From: Nemertoderma westbladi
Taxonomy: Eukaryota; Animalia; Xenacoelomorpha
Reading direction: 5' to 3'
NCBI GenBank assembly: GCA_032718475.1
Contig: JAUCBJ010001622.1
Coordinates: forward strand, 1-62,589
Length of the DNA stretch: 62,589 bases
Of this stretch, positions 46,601 to 60,430 are shown piece after piece. The notes below the pieces were generated by a model. It searched no databases, was not told where the DNA came from, and worked only from the letters and a program-made list of their open reading frames with translations. Within the stretch, counting starts at the first letter, position 1; the number at the start of each line of letters is the position of its first letter. Both the position numbers and the translations under genes were made by a program.

Positions 46601-47474
46601 AGATCTTCATAAAACTTGACTGCTTGTTCTGGCTCTGAGGCATTGGTTGGACTGTAGCAACATATAACTGTTGTCTTGGGATTTCCATCAAATGCTGCGA
46701 TCATAACCCTGGAATTTATAGATTCGATGTTGTTTAAGGTCTTAAGTGCAAATGGGCTTATCAGAATTCCTACTCCACCAATTGATGCATTGGCCGAGTT
46801 TCTTACTGCTGAGCTTGTATCTAACGTCCATCCATTTCCAATGTCATTGTACTTCATGGCAGTGTCTTCATGACAAATCCGATGTTCTTGGATGCAGATG
46901 ATGTTGATGTTATATTCCATTGCCAGAGCGACCATGTCACCCTGTTTGCTATGTGCTTTCAGCGTGCGTGCGTTCATTGTAGCAATTTTTAGTGTCTTTT
47001 TACATTTCAACAGGTTGGTTCTTCTTTCTTCTCTGTCTTCTGTTCCAGTAGCCAATTTATAGACACCAGCCTGGTGTACCACTGAGGGACGCGGTCCTCG
47101 TTGACCCGGGCGACGACCGTGCCGGTATTTCTCCTGGAGGGTTCTCATACTCATATCTTTCAGTTGCGAGAGTAAACCGCTTATGGTCGCAACTCCTACA
47201 AGCGTCTTCGCAGTCGGTCGCCATTGGTTGATTACCTTCCGCCGACCTTGTCAGCATGTCTAGCCCATTGGTTGATTACCTTCCGTCTATCCACGGCCTA
47301 CAGCCCTGCTGCCGACTGTAGGGGTCCTTTTGTTACACCCTAAACCAAGTGTGCCTCCTGGGTTAGGTATCCAGTATAGACAGAGCGGGGCGTGTATCAT
47401 CTCTATTGCAGATGCGTATCAAGCCTTTGCCTTCAATGGTGCCATATAGGCGCTATAGCCCTCAATGACTTATT
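43635..47474 (-). mobile_element. near full-length RTE-clade-like LINE, frameshifted
   Basis: APE (IATMNART, IQEHR, YSPTN, QLDYIL, SDH), RT (NYRGI.LL, VDFKKAFDS, TLAPLLF, FVDD) and C-terminal RFSGHCWR. (TAG)n tail and ~153-bp direct flanking repeats. Confidence 0.9.
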
Positions 47475-48513
47475 CAGTTAGATCATTTTAAGGCAGGGCC
47501 CACCTGGTATTGTTCAGCATGGAAATTCGCATTTTGTTCGTTTCTGAAGAGGTTTTAATGTTCTAGAAATGCTGAGTTTTAAATCGTTATTATAATAACT
47601 GCATTAAATGAAAAAAATAGCATTGTTATTACACATTGTACAAATTGTAAAATACATGTATATCTTATACCAGTTGCCCCACTCAATCAACAATTCTTGT
47701 GAGGAGAAACGAAAATTAGAAATTACTTTACGTAACATATAATGTCATTTAATACATCCAGATAGGCCTCAATATTAGGCTGTACTCCAAAAAATGGCGA
47801 AGTTGGCCAATCTTTATGTAGGATGGCAGAAAAGTGCCTATGCATGCCCTGACCATGTATACTAAGTTTCAATGGGGTACAGTGGTTCTAGACGGTAGGT
47901 TCACACCCTATTTGTGATTTTTCCCAATCACACTCATGCTGCGCCCAGGAAATGGTGATATTACACATCTGTTACTGTCGTAACCTTGGAAACATAAGCT
48001 TTATTAGACTAATAGACCATTCAAAATGTGCAGAACTGCAAGTTGAACAAATTTTGTATTAAATTATAAGGACGGAAATGGATATTTCTTTCAAATATTC
48101 CTAAAAAAATCCCTTTCAGACATTTATTGGTTAAATATTACAATCGACATAAGGATTCTATAGTATTGAAATGCTATACGGTTACTACAGTATTGTTATA
48201 AAGTATTAACGAGTATTAACAACATAAGCTTTTTTTAACAAAGCCTAGGCTTTCTTTAAATTCTAAACATTACCTAGGTTTTTTAAACGAAGGCTAGTCT
48301 TTCTTGATAACGGATGGCTTTGTTAAGAAAGCCTTGAAATTCTAGGTTATGTTAACAAAGACTGATTCATTAGACTATTTTAGGATATGCTCTAATATGC
48401 TGTAATAAACTAGTTTGATCGTTTGTGAACTAATTTTATGGAAAATAAAAATATTAATGTCACATCCCATATATCGATTTCTTTCTTTATGATCAATCAG
48501 CGCAATATTATTA

Positions 48514-48944
48514 GGGGCCGTCCAAGTATGACGTCTGCACTTTTCCCCAAAATGTTGACCCCCTCCCTCCCCTAAATCAGATGTCATCAGATAGGCGTAG
48601 ACCCCCCCCCCCCCCTAAATCAGATTTAAAAAAAAATTTGTAATAAACTATTATATTATGAAGATTATTTATAATCACTTCTAAATCATTCAAATCGTCC
48701 TAATCACTGAAACATGGTGACTGGTAACTGAAACAGAAGGTCGTGCTACGGGCCTTCGGGGGCTTCGAACAATTAAAATAGGCAAGCTATTTACTCTTCT
48801 GCTATATCTCTTCTAGCACTTATAAATGAACTTGCTGACGTCAGATTTTGGCTGACCCCCTCCCCTCCCCTCATCAGCACGTCATCAGATTTTCCCAACC
48901 CCCCTCCCCCCCCTAAAGTGCTGACGTCATACTTGGACGGCCCC
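48514..48944. mobile_element. PIF/Harbinger-type MITE
   Basis: TIR GGGGCCGTCCAAGTATGACGTC / GACGTCATACTTGGACGGCCCC with TTA on both sides. Confidence 0.85.
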
Positions 48945-49350
48945 TTATAAATAGTAAGAAAGCCTAGGCATTCCTAAAAAAGCCTGTTTCATTAAGGAAG
49001 GCACTAATACAAATAATACGTAATAAAGTCTAGGCTTTGTGTGGAATCTAATGAATGCCTAGGCTTTCTTGATTTCGAACGGTTTTCTTAACAAAGCCTA
49101 GGCTTTCTTAAGAAACCCTAATTCCACACAAAGCCGCCAACATATATAAGATGTTACTTACAAAAATAAACATGCCAATGTGCAGTACCAGATCTCCATA
49201 CCAATGAGACAAACAAGTCCTAACTATGCTGTACAACAAACCAGCTAAACAGCTGAGACAGATCAACTGATTTTGTAGGGTTGCCTAGATACCTATTGTA
49301 AACAAACAAACGATAATCACAGTGCCTGGAGGTCCTGCAATGTCAGTAGT

Positions 49351-50421
49351 ATGTCAGCTGCATGTCGTGTGGTGTATGGACCAACTGAGTCACCAAACAA
49401 GAGCTGTTTTAAAACGCTCTACCAGGTTTGGTCATCCATCAATACAACCAACTATAAGCTACCAGAGATCAAGCAAAGATTCCTCAAAAACCTTCAGGTC
49501 GATGTTCGAAAGTTTTTAATCAAGTATCTGACTAGCGATGATAGCACGAGACGAACTGACTATAGAGAGATAGCCGAGTTGTCACTGCTTCTGTTGGGTG
49601 GCCACCTGCCTAATGGTTTCCCAATACACAGCCCAGGAGCAACTCATCATGCTCGATGGATGGCATCTATGATCTACACATTCAAGCTGACCCTCTACCG
49701 CCATCAACTTGTAGACTACTTTGATGAGCGCTCTCTTAATTCAATAGAGAACCTAGCTGTATATCTGGCATTGTTTTATGTCAGATATTGGCTCTGCTGC
49801 TCCAGTGCAGTAGAAGCCCCTGCTGAGGATCTGGCAATACTGAAACTCTTTGAGAAGGCTGAGGGTTGCACTCTACCAGCTGGCATGAAGGAGCTTGTGG
49901 TAGCTAGTAAAGAAAAGCTTGTGAATGGTCATCTGTGGTATCTCAGTGAGCGGCTCGTGCCGCTTTCATTATTCTCTCACCGAGTAACTGCCACAGAGAA
50001 GAAAGAGATGGTGTTGAAGTTGCGAGTATATCAGGGGAAGGAGACAACAACAGCAACCAACAGCGAATCATTGGGGGGACAAGAAACTGAAGGACTTCAT
50101 TTGACCTGACAGCTACACCTTCTTCAGCGTTTTTGGGATAGAACCCAGTTTCCTCAGCAAACCCGTCCCCGAGTGGCCTTCCGATCTGTCCTTCAGTTGA
50201 ATGACCACGTTTGCTCCACCAAAGTGATAAACGATAGTGCTGAGCGAGCACTGGGGCTTCTCACAGAGTTTAACAATGGGAAAGTCACACATGATGAAGA
50301 CCAGATACAATGGCTTTTCCAAGTCGTCTGGGAGATGAGGAGGCAGCAGAAGGAAGGGGCCACAAGCACTGAGAGGTGCACTAAAACAGTTATAAAGACT
50401 GTACAATATGATTTTGTATAA
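49351..50421 (+). pseudogene. transposase C-terminal half (hATm-like), frameshifted
   Basis: DYRE..EL..L.LG, PGATHHARWM..IY..K, HLWYLSE.LV.LSLF and VINDSAERAL.L..EFN...T.DE.Q motifs across two frames. Confidence 0.75.
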
Positions 50422-51233
50422 TGTGTATCCATTATGTATAAATAATATCATTTTGGATATTGTTTATTAATTTCGGTTGAAAATTAGTGATCTGTTGTGA
50501 TAAATAATATATTACTGTCATGACAGTAAAAGTGAAAAATATAATATAGATTTTGGACATCCTTGCCAAAGAATTGCAGAAATAATTGATTTTTGGGGTA
50601 ATTTCAAAAGAAATATTAGTTTTCGTCCTTATTATTTAATATAAAATTTCTTCAACTTGTTGTTATAAACACAGTTGTTATGTTATCATAAAATAAATAC
50701 ATACAATTCACAATTCCCCTACAGGTAAATCCCAATTATTATGGTAGAGGCCAGGCAAACATGACAACTGCATGTGATTGGATGCGTGTGAGGAGATTAA
50801 TAAATTATTCATTATTTCACTACCAATACCTAAGATTTATACCATTACAACTACGCGTTTAAATTTTATGTTTTAAAATTCAATACAATTAATTGTCATT
50901 GTAAATTTCAATAATTTATCATGCATAATTACTCAATATTTCTGCTTAGTACTTTTATAAAAAGGTATTAAATAATAATAATATTAACCTATTCCATTTT
51001 CTGTGTACTGCTTAAAATAGTGTAGACAATTAATAGCAGGGTTGCCATCCTAGACATTCTACTACTTTTATTTCAATAAAGTATACATTTTTTGATTTTT
51101 TATTATGGGAAACAGGGCAATTTATGCTTAAATTTATGTTTCCTCGAAGCTAGATTTTTTATTGATTTCTGATAATCAATGATTATAGTGGAGGAAAGAT
51201 TTCAGTGAAACGTAATCTCGAGAGAGGCAATAA

Positions 51234-51478
51234 ATGGCAAGTCGCCAAGCCGTAATGTACCTCCTCTGTACTAACATCGCGTACTGGATTCAAAGTATAT
51301 TCGAGGTCCAAGCGCCAGACTCTTCACCTGTTCAAGAAGCGTTCTACACAACAAGGTCGTGGGAGATTATGACGCACATCTGCGCCCGTTGGAAATTCTG
51401 TTTCGGTTTCACTCCTTTGCATGTCTGTGCGACATTATCAATGAGTCCTATGTACATCATGTAGAAAGACATGTTTAG
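51234..51478 (+). pseudogene. otopetrin 3' fragment with 1-nt deletion
   Basis: Matches the last 81 codons of copy 2. TGCGCCCG versus TGCGGCCCG causes a frameshift. Confidence 0.85.
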
Positions 51479-53680
51479 CTTATATCGCGAATTAATATCA
51501 ATAATATATATTTAATTTAATTACTATATATAAGTTAATTATATGCAATTTATTTAAAGTTTCGTATAATAACTATTTACATACTTGTGTGTAAAGTAGC
51601 ACTTTACAGTGTGATGATCCGAGTGGCTTTGTTACACGAACGAACGTTAGTGAGTGAGTGAAAATAAAGCCACGAGGATCAGAACACTGTAAAGTACTTT
51701 GCAACAAGTATGTATGTAGTTTTATTCCAAATTTGAAACATTACGAAATGATTGTATATATTATAAGTAATAGAAACTGCTCAAATTAAATTAGTTGCTT
51801 TATAAATAAATGTAAAAATGACATAAATTATGTTATAAAAAAGATAGCTTATATTTTTGGTGGCTTTTGGAGCCATGTTAATAGTATTTGTCGTTCCCGG
51901 TGCCACGGAGACACGGTCAATAATTCATTGTACGGGAGCGATTCCGTCCAACAAAGTATACATTTTTTTGAATTTTAATTATTGAATATATGAGAAACAG
52001 GGCAATTTATGCTTAATTTATTTTTGCTCGAAGCTAGATTTTTTATTGATTTCTGATCCGCCGATTTGGTAGTTAGAAGGTATTTTTAATAATCAATGAG
52101 TATGGTGGAGGAAAGACTTCAGTGAAACGTAATCTCGAGAGAGGCAATATAAGAATACAATAAAATATTCCATGAAAAAATCATATACATTATACTTAAT
52201 TAACAGATATAATATCCCCCTTGATGTATGTGTCAATGCATATAGAAACCAGACAATTCCGAGAAAAAATAATTTTTGAGTTATGTATTGCATCAGAAGA
52301 GCATTTTAATTAGCTTTCAAACGCACCCACACCCACCCACATGTCATTGCGACCCACAGTTCAAAAGTTATGAAAGAAATAGTGAAAGTTAATAAAAGGA
52401 AAATTTTATAATAGCAATTTTTAAATATTGATTTAAAATCTCGAAAACTATGTTTTTAAATCAAAGTAAATCTTAACTCTCTCTGTTCATCTGTCTGTCT
52501 GTCTGTAAAAAATATAAAAGCATTCCAGCTAACTAAAATTTTGTTGTAGCGGTGTTTCTGGTCGGAGTTTTCATTTCCGATGTCAGTTTTCATGCTTGAA
52601 GTGATCTAGACTGAATGTGTGTCTGTCTGTGTGTCGGTCTTTCTGTTACTTTACGTAACATATGATGTCATTTAATACATCCAGATAGGCCTCAATATGA
52701 ACATAATTTTTATATATACTGTATGTTCGATTTGGGAGATCCAAAGACTATCATTTTGCTACCGATTTTGCTAACCTAATATCAGATAAACCCAGAGAGT
52801 TTAATGTTCCTGAAGCTTAGTCCGATTATCAAATTTTCATTCTCACTCCTTTAGGTCAGATAGCTGCGATAAATAAGCTTGTTTTGTCAGTCGCATGACG
52901 TAGATATCTAATTGCCATGAGTGAGATTTAGCACGACTACATCACCAACCTCTAGCGCTCTAGGTTGTTGACAAAGGCTCCACTTCTCTCACCACTAAGG
53001 TTTAATATTGTTATTGTGTATAGTAGTGGGATTTTATTTCTTGTTCTATTGATAATCATAAACAGAGTTGTTATGTTATCATAAAATAAATACATACCCG
53101 ATGTATGTACTGTATTATACAATACATGCATATACAATATACAATTCACAATTCCCCTACAGGTAAATCCCAATTATTATGGTAGAGGCCAGGCAAACAT
53201 GACAACTGCATGTGATTGGATGCGTGTGAGGAGATTAATAAATTATTCATTATTTCACTACCAATACCTAAGATTTATACCATTACAAATACGCGTTTAA
53301 ATTTTATGTTTTAAAATTCAATACAATTAATTGTCATTGTAAATTTCAATAATTTATCATGCATAATTACTCAATATTTCTGCTTTGTGCTTTTATAAAA
53401 AGGTATTAAATAATAATAATATTAACCTATTCCATTTTCTGTGTACTGCTTAAAATAGTGTAGACAATTAATAGCAGGGTTGCCATCCTAGACATTCTAC
53501 TACTTTTATTTCAACAAAGTATACATTTTTTGATTTTTTATTATTGAATATTCGAGAAACAGGGCAATTTATGCTTAAATTTATGTTTCCTCGAAGCTAG
53601 ATTTTTTATTGATTTCTGATAATCAATGATTATAGTGGAGGAAAGATTTCAGTGAAACGTAATCTCGAGAGAGGCAATAA

Positions 53681-53926
53681 ATGGCAAGTCGCCAAGCCGT
53701 AATGTACCTCCTCTGTACTAACATCGCGTACTGGATTCAAAGTATATTCGAGGTCCAAGCGCCAGACTCTTCACCTGTTCAAGAAGCGTTCTACACAACA
53801 AGGTCGTGGGAGATTATGACGCACATCTGCGGCCCGTTGGAAATTCTGTTTCGGTTTCACTCCTTTGCATGTCTGTGCGACATTATCAATGAGTCCCATG
53901 TACATCATGCAGAAAGACATGTTTAG
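53681..53926 (+). pseudogene. otopetrin 3' fragment (last two TM helices, frame intact)
   Basis: MASRQ...FRFHS...HHAERHV differs by 2 residues from the copy 2 C-terminus. It is fused upstream to repeat sequence. Confidence 0.85.
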
Positions 53927-56900
53927 CTTATATCGCGAATTAATATCAATAATATATATTTAATTTAATTACTATATATAAGTTAATTATATGCAATTTA
54001 TTTAAAGTTTCGTATAATAACTATTTACATAGTACTTGTGTGTAAAGTAGCACTTTACAGTGTGATGATCCGAGTGGCTTTGTTACACGAACGAACGTTA
54101 GTGAGTGAGTGAAAATAAAGCCACGAGGATCAGAACACTGTAAAGTACTTTGCAACAAGTATGTATGTAGTTTTATTCCAAAATTGAAACATTACGAAAT
54201 GATTGTATATATTATAAGTAATAGAAACTGCTCAAATTAAATTAGTTGCTTTATAAATAAATGTAAAAATGACATAAATTATGTTATAAAAAAGATAGCT
54301 TATATTTTTGGTGGCTTTTGGAGCCATGTTAATAGTATTTGTCGTTCCCGGTGCCACGGAGACACGGTCAATAATTAATTGTACGGGAGCGATTCCGTCC
54401 AACAAAGTATACAATTTTTTTGAATTTTAATTATTGAATATATGAGAAACAGGGCAATTTATGCTTAATTTATTTTTGCTCGAAGCTAGATTTTTTATTG
54501 ATTTCTGATCCGCCGATTTGGTAGTTAGAAGGTATATTTAATAATCAATGAGTATGGTGGAGGAAAGACTTCAGTGAAACGTAATCTCGAGAGAGGCAAT
54601 ATAAGAATACAATAAAATATTCCATGAAAAAATCATATACATTATACTTAATTAACAGATATAATATCCCCCTTGATGTATGTGTCAATGCATATAGAAA
54701 CCAGACAATTCCGAGAAAAAATAATTTTTGAGTTATGTATTGCATCAGAAGAGCATTTTAATTAGCTTTCAAACGCACCCACACCCACCCACATGTCATT
54801 GCGACCCACAGTTCAAAAGTTATGAAAGAAATAGTGAAAGTTAATAAAAGGAAAATTTTATAATAGCAATTTTTAAATATTGATTTAAAAGCTCGAAAAC
54901 TATGTTTTTAAATCGAAGTAAATCTTAACTCTCTCTGTTCATCTGTCTGTCTGTCTGTAAAAAATATAAAAGCATTCCAGCTAACTAAAATTTTGTTGTA
55001 GCGGTGTTTCTGGTCGGAGTTTTCATTTCCGATGTCAGTTTTCATGCTTGAAGTAATCTAGACTGAATGTGTGTCTGTCTGTGTGTCGGTCTTTCTGTTA
55101 CTTTACGTAACATGTGATGTCATTTAATACCTCAATATGAACATAATTTTTATATATACTGTATGTTCGATTTGGGAGATCCAAAGACTATCATTTTGCT
55201 ACCGATTTTGCTAACCTAATATCAGATAAACCCAGAGAGTTTAATGTTCCTGAAGCTTAGTCCGATTATCAAATTTTCATTCTCACTCCTTTAGGTCAGA
55301 TAGCTGCGATAAATAAGCTTGTTTTGTCAGTCGCATGACGTAGATATCTAATTGCCATGAGTGAGATTTAGCACGACTACATCACCAACCTCTAGCGCTC
55401 TAGGTTGTTGACAAAGGCTCCACTTCTCTCACCACTAAGGTTTAATATTGTTATTGTGTATAGTAGTGGGATTTTATTTCTTGTTCTATTAATAATCATA
55501 AACAGAGTTGTTATGTTATCATAAAATAAATACATACCCGATGTATGTACTGTATTATACAATACATGCATATACAATATACAATTCAAAATTCCCCTAC
55601 AGGTAAATCCCAATTATTATGGTAGAGGCCAGGCAAACATGACAACTGCATGTGATTGGATGCGTGTGAGGAGATTAATAAATTATTCATTATTTCACTA
55701 CCAATACCTAAGATTTATACCATTACAAATACGCGTTTAAATTTTATGTTTTAAAATTCAATATAATTAATTGTCATTGTAATAGCAATAATTTATCATG
55801 CATAATTACTCAATATTTCTGCTTTGTGCTTTTATAAAAAGGTATTAAATAATAATAATATTAACCTATTCCATTATCTGTGTACTGCTTAAAATGGTGT
55901 AGACAATTAATAGCAGGGTTGCCATCCTAGGCATTCTACTACTTTTATTTCAACAAAGCAACATGATTTGATTTGATTCGAATTGATTTTTTATTATTGA
56001 ATATGTGAGAAATAGGGCATTTTATGCTTAATTTATTTTTGCTCGAAGCTAGATTTTTTATTGATTTCTGATCCGCCGATTTGGTAGTTAGAAGGTATAT
56101 TTAATAATCAATGAGTATGGTGGAGGAAAGACTTCAGTGAAACGTAATCTCGAGAGAGGCAATATAAGAATACAATAAAATATTCCATGAAAAAATCATA
56201 TACATTATACTTAATTAACAGATATAATATCCCCCTTGATGTATGTGTCAATGCATATAGAAACCAGACAATTCCGAGAAAAAATAATTTTTGAGTTATT
56301 TATTGCATCAGAAGAGCATTTTAATTAGCTTTCAAACGCACCCACACCCACCCACATGTCATTGCGACCCACAGTTTAAAAGTTATGAAAGAAATAGTGA
56401 AAGTTAATAAAAGGAAAATTTTATAATAGCAATTTTTAAATATTGATTTAAAAGCTCGAAAACTATGTTTTTAAATCGAAGTAAATCTTAACTCTCTCTG
56501 TTCATCTGTCTGTCTGTCTGTAAAAAATATAAAAGCATTCCAGCTAACTAAAATTTTGTTGTAGCGGTGTTTCTGGTCGGAGTTTTCATTTCCGATGTCA
56601 GTTTTCATGCTTGAAGTGATCTAGACTGAATGTGTGTCTGTTTGTGTGTCGGTCTTTCTGTCTGTCCGACAGTCCGACAGACATACAAACAGTCTTAAAT
56701 CCATAAAACTTACAAACTGACATCGGAAGTGACATCACCGCCCAGAAATACCCCCATATAGCGTAAAGTTTAGTCAGAAAATAAAAATTCCTTATATTTT
56801 TTGGCAGACAAACAGACAGACAGAGCGGCAGTCAGACAGACCGACAAAACATACAATTTTTTAAAAACTCTTCAATGAAGATAAACATACCTACAGTAAT

Positions 56901-56985
56901 GAATATATTTTGAAAAAAGAAAAAATTTTGAAATTTTATTTTTTACTTCATTCTCCATTATTTTCTCAAAATGAATTCTGCCCGA

Positions 56986-59900
56986 AATTGTTTGGTTTCT
57001 ATATGCACTGACAATATTGTCTGGTTTCTATATGCACTGACAGAATTGTCTGGTTTCTATATGCACTGACACAATTGTCTGGTTTCTATATGCACTGACA
57101 CAATTGTCTGGTTTCTATATGCATGCACTGACACAATTGTCTGGTTTCTATATGCATGCACTGACACAATTGTCTGGTTTCTATATGCACTGACACAATT
57201 GCCTGGTTACTATATCCACTGACACAATTGTCTGGTTTCTATATGCACTGACACAATTGTCTGGCTTCTATATGCACTGACACAATTGTCTGGCTTCTAT
57301 ATGCACTGACACAATTGTCTGGTTTCTATATGCACTGACAGAATTGTCTGGTTTCTATATGCACTGACAGAATTGTATGGTTTCTATATGCACTGACACA
57401 ATTGTCTGGTTTCTATATGCACTGACACAATTGTCTGGTTTCTAAATGCACTGACACAATTGTCAGGTTTCTAAATGCACTGACACAATTGTCTGGTTTC
57501 TATATGCTCTGACACAATTGTCTGGTTTCTATATGCACTGACACAATTGTCTGGTTTCTATATGCACTGACACAATTGTCTGGTTTCTATATGCACTGAC
57601 ACAATTGTCTGGTTTCTATATGCACTGACACAATTGTCTGGTTTCTATATGCACTGACACAATTGTCTGGTTTCTATATGCACTGACAGAATTGTCTGGT
57701 TTCTATATGCACTGACAGAATTGTCTGGTTTCTATATCCCCACTGACACAATTGTCTGGTTTCTATATGCACTGACACAATTGTCTGGTTTCTATATGCA
57801 CTGACAGAATTGTCTGGTTTCTATATGCACTGACAGAATTGTCTGGTTTCTATATGCACTGACACAATTTTCTGGTTTCAACATGCACTGACAGAATTGT
57901 CTGGTTTCTATATGCACTGACACAATTGTCTGGTTTCTATATGCACTGACACAATTGTCTGGTTTCTATATGCACTGACACAATTGTCTGGTTTCTATAT
58001 GCACTGACAGAATTGTCTGGTTTCTATATCCACTGACACAATTGTCTGGTTTCTATATGCACTGACACAATTGTCTGGTTTCTATATGCACTGACACATT
58101 TGTCTGGTTTCTATATGCACTGATACAATTGTCTGGTTACTATATCCACTGACACAATTGTCCGGTTTCTATATGCACTGACACAATTGTCTGGTTTCTA
58201 TATGCACTGACACAATTGTCTGGTTTCTATATGCACTGATACAATTGTCTGGTTTCTATATGCACTGACACAATTGTCTGGTTTCTATATGCACTGACAC
58301 AATTGTCTGGTTTCTATATGCACTGACACAATTGTCTGGTTTCTATATGCACTGACAGAATTGTCTGGTTTCTATATGCACTGACACAATTGTCTGGTTT
58401 CTATATGCATGCACTGACACAATTGTCTGGTTTCTATATGCATGCACTGACACAATTGTCTGGTTTCTATATGCACTGACACAATTGCCTGGTTACTATA
58501 TCCACTGACACAATTGTCTGGTTTCTATATGCACTGACACAATTGTCTGGCTTCTATATGCACTGACACAATTGTCTGGCTTCTATATGCACTGACACAA
58601 TTGTCTGGTTTCTATATGCACTGACAGAATTGTCTGGTTTCTATATGCACTGACAGAATTGTATGGTTTCTATATGCACTGACACAATTGTCTGGTTTCT
58701 ATATGCACTGACACAATTGTCTGGTTTCTAAATGCACTGACACAATTGTCAGGTTTCTAAATGCACTGACACAATTGTCTGGTTTCTATATGCTCTGACA
58801 CAATTGTCTGGTTTCTATATGCACTGACACAATTGTCTGGTTTCTATATGCACTGACACAATTGTCTGGTTTCTATATGCACTGACACAATTGTCTGGTT
58901 TCTATATGCACTGACACAATTGTCTGGTTTCTATATGCACTGACACAATTGTCTGGTTTCTATATGCACTGACAGAATTGTCTGGTTTCTATATGCACTG
59001 ACAGAATTGTCTGGTTTCTATATCCCCACTGACACAATTGTCTGGTTTCTATATGCACTGACACAATTGTCTGGTTTCTATATGCACTGACAGAATTGTC
59101 TGGTTTCTATATGCACTGACAGAATTGTCTGGTTTCTATATGCACTGACACAATTTTCTGGTTTCAACATGCACTGACAGAATTGTCTGGTTTCTATATG
59201 CACTGACACAATTGTCTGGTTTCTATATGCACTGACACAATTGTCTGGTTTCTATATGCACTGACACAATTGTCTGGTTTCTATATGCACTGACAGAATT
59301 GTCTGGTTTCTATATCCACTGACACAATTGTCTGGTTTCTATATGCACTGACACAATTGTCTGGTTTCTATATGCACTGACACATTTGTCTGGTTTCTAT
59401 ATGCACTGATACAATTGTCTGGTTACTATATCCACTGACACAATTGTCCGGTTTCTATATGCACTGACACAATTGTCTGGTTTCTATATGCACTGACACA
59501 ATTGTCTGGTTTCTATATGCACTGATACAATTGTCTGGTTTCTATATGCACTGACACAATTGTCTGGTTTCTATATGCACTGACACAATTGTCTGGTTTC
59601 TATATGCACTGACACAATTGTCTGGTTTCTATATGCACTGACAGAATTGTCTGGTTTCTATATGCACTGACACAATTGTCTGGTTTCTATATGCACTGAC
59701 ACAATTGTCTGGTTTCTATATGCACTGACACAATTGTCTGGTTTCTATATGCACTGACACAATTGTCTGGTTTCTATATGCACTGACACAATTGTCTGGT
59801 TTCTATATGCACTGACACAATTGTCTGGTTTCTATATGCACTGACACAATTGTCTGGTTTCTATATGCACTGACACAATTGTCTGGTTTCTATATGCACT

Positions 59901-60184
59901 GACACAATTGTCTGGTTTCTATATGCACTGACAGAATTGTCCGGCTTCTATATGCACTGACACAATTGTCTGGTTTCTATATGCACTGACACAATTGTCT
60001 GGTTTTATATGCACTGACACAATTGTCTGGTTTCTATATGCACTGACACAATTGTCTGGTTTCTATATGCACTGACAGAATTGTCTGGTTTCTATATGCA
60101 CTGACACAATTGTCTGGTTTCTATATGCACTGACACAATTGTCTGGTTTCTATATGCACTGACACAATTATCTGGTTTCTATAT
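56986..60184 (+). repeat. 29-bp minisatellite (GCACTGACACAATTGTCTGGTTTCTATAT), ~110 units
   Basis: Tandem array with a 1286-bp higher-order duplication. Confidence 0.97.
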
Positions 60185-60430
60185 TTTCAATCTAATAATA
60201 AATAATACGTTATTAATTCCAAATCAATTTTCCACTCATTTACCATTACTTTTAAGTTGGCATTGTGTAATTCTTTTTTACAAAATATTAAATTCCTTAC
60301 ATTGTTAGTTACTGTAAATAAATCAAGAAAAAATACTAGGAGATCAAAAATATTTAATGTAAGTGATAGTATTTGGATGAGTCAGTGTGATTGTCTTCTA
60401 GATATTAATCTTATTTATAAATAATTGATT

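Larger units (their letters stand above)
47776..50659 (+). mobile_element. hATm-like DNA transposon remnant, right end deleted
   Basis: Starts TAGGCTG. 48038-48095 is inverted at 50585-50659. Contains a transposase pseudogene. Confidence 0.6.
50665..56660. repeat. tandem segmental duplication, ~2.45-kb unit x2 plus a partial third unit
   Basis: Near-identical ORFs recur at offsets 2447, 2452 and 2440 (51234/53681, 52093/54545, 52952/55392). Confidence 0.9.

Noticed and set aside
56986-60184. Common origin with the 11.3-kb array because both units are 29 bp
   Set aside because: The unit sequences are unrelated and each has its own local source.
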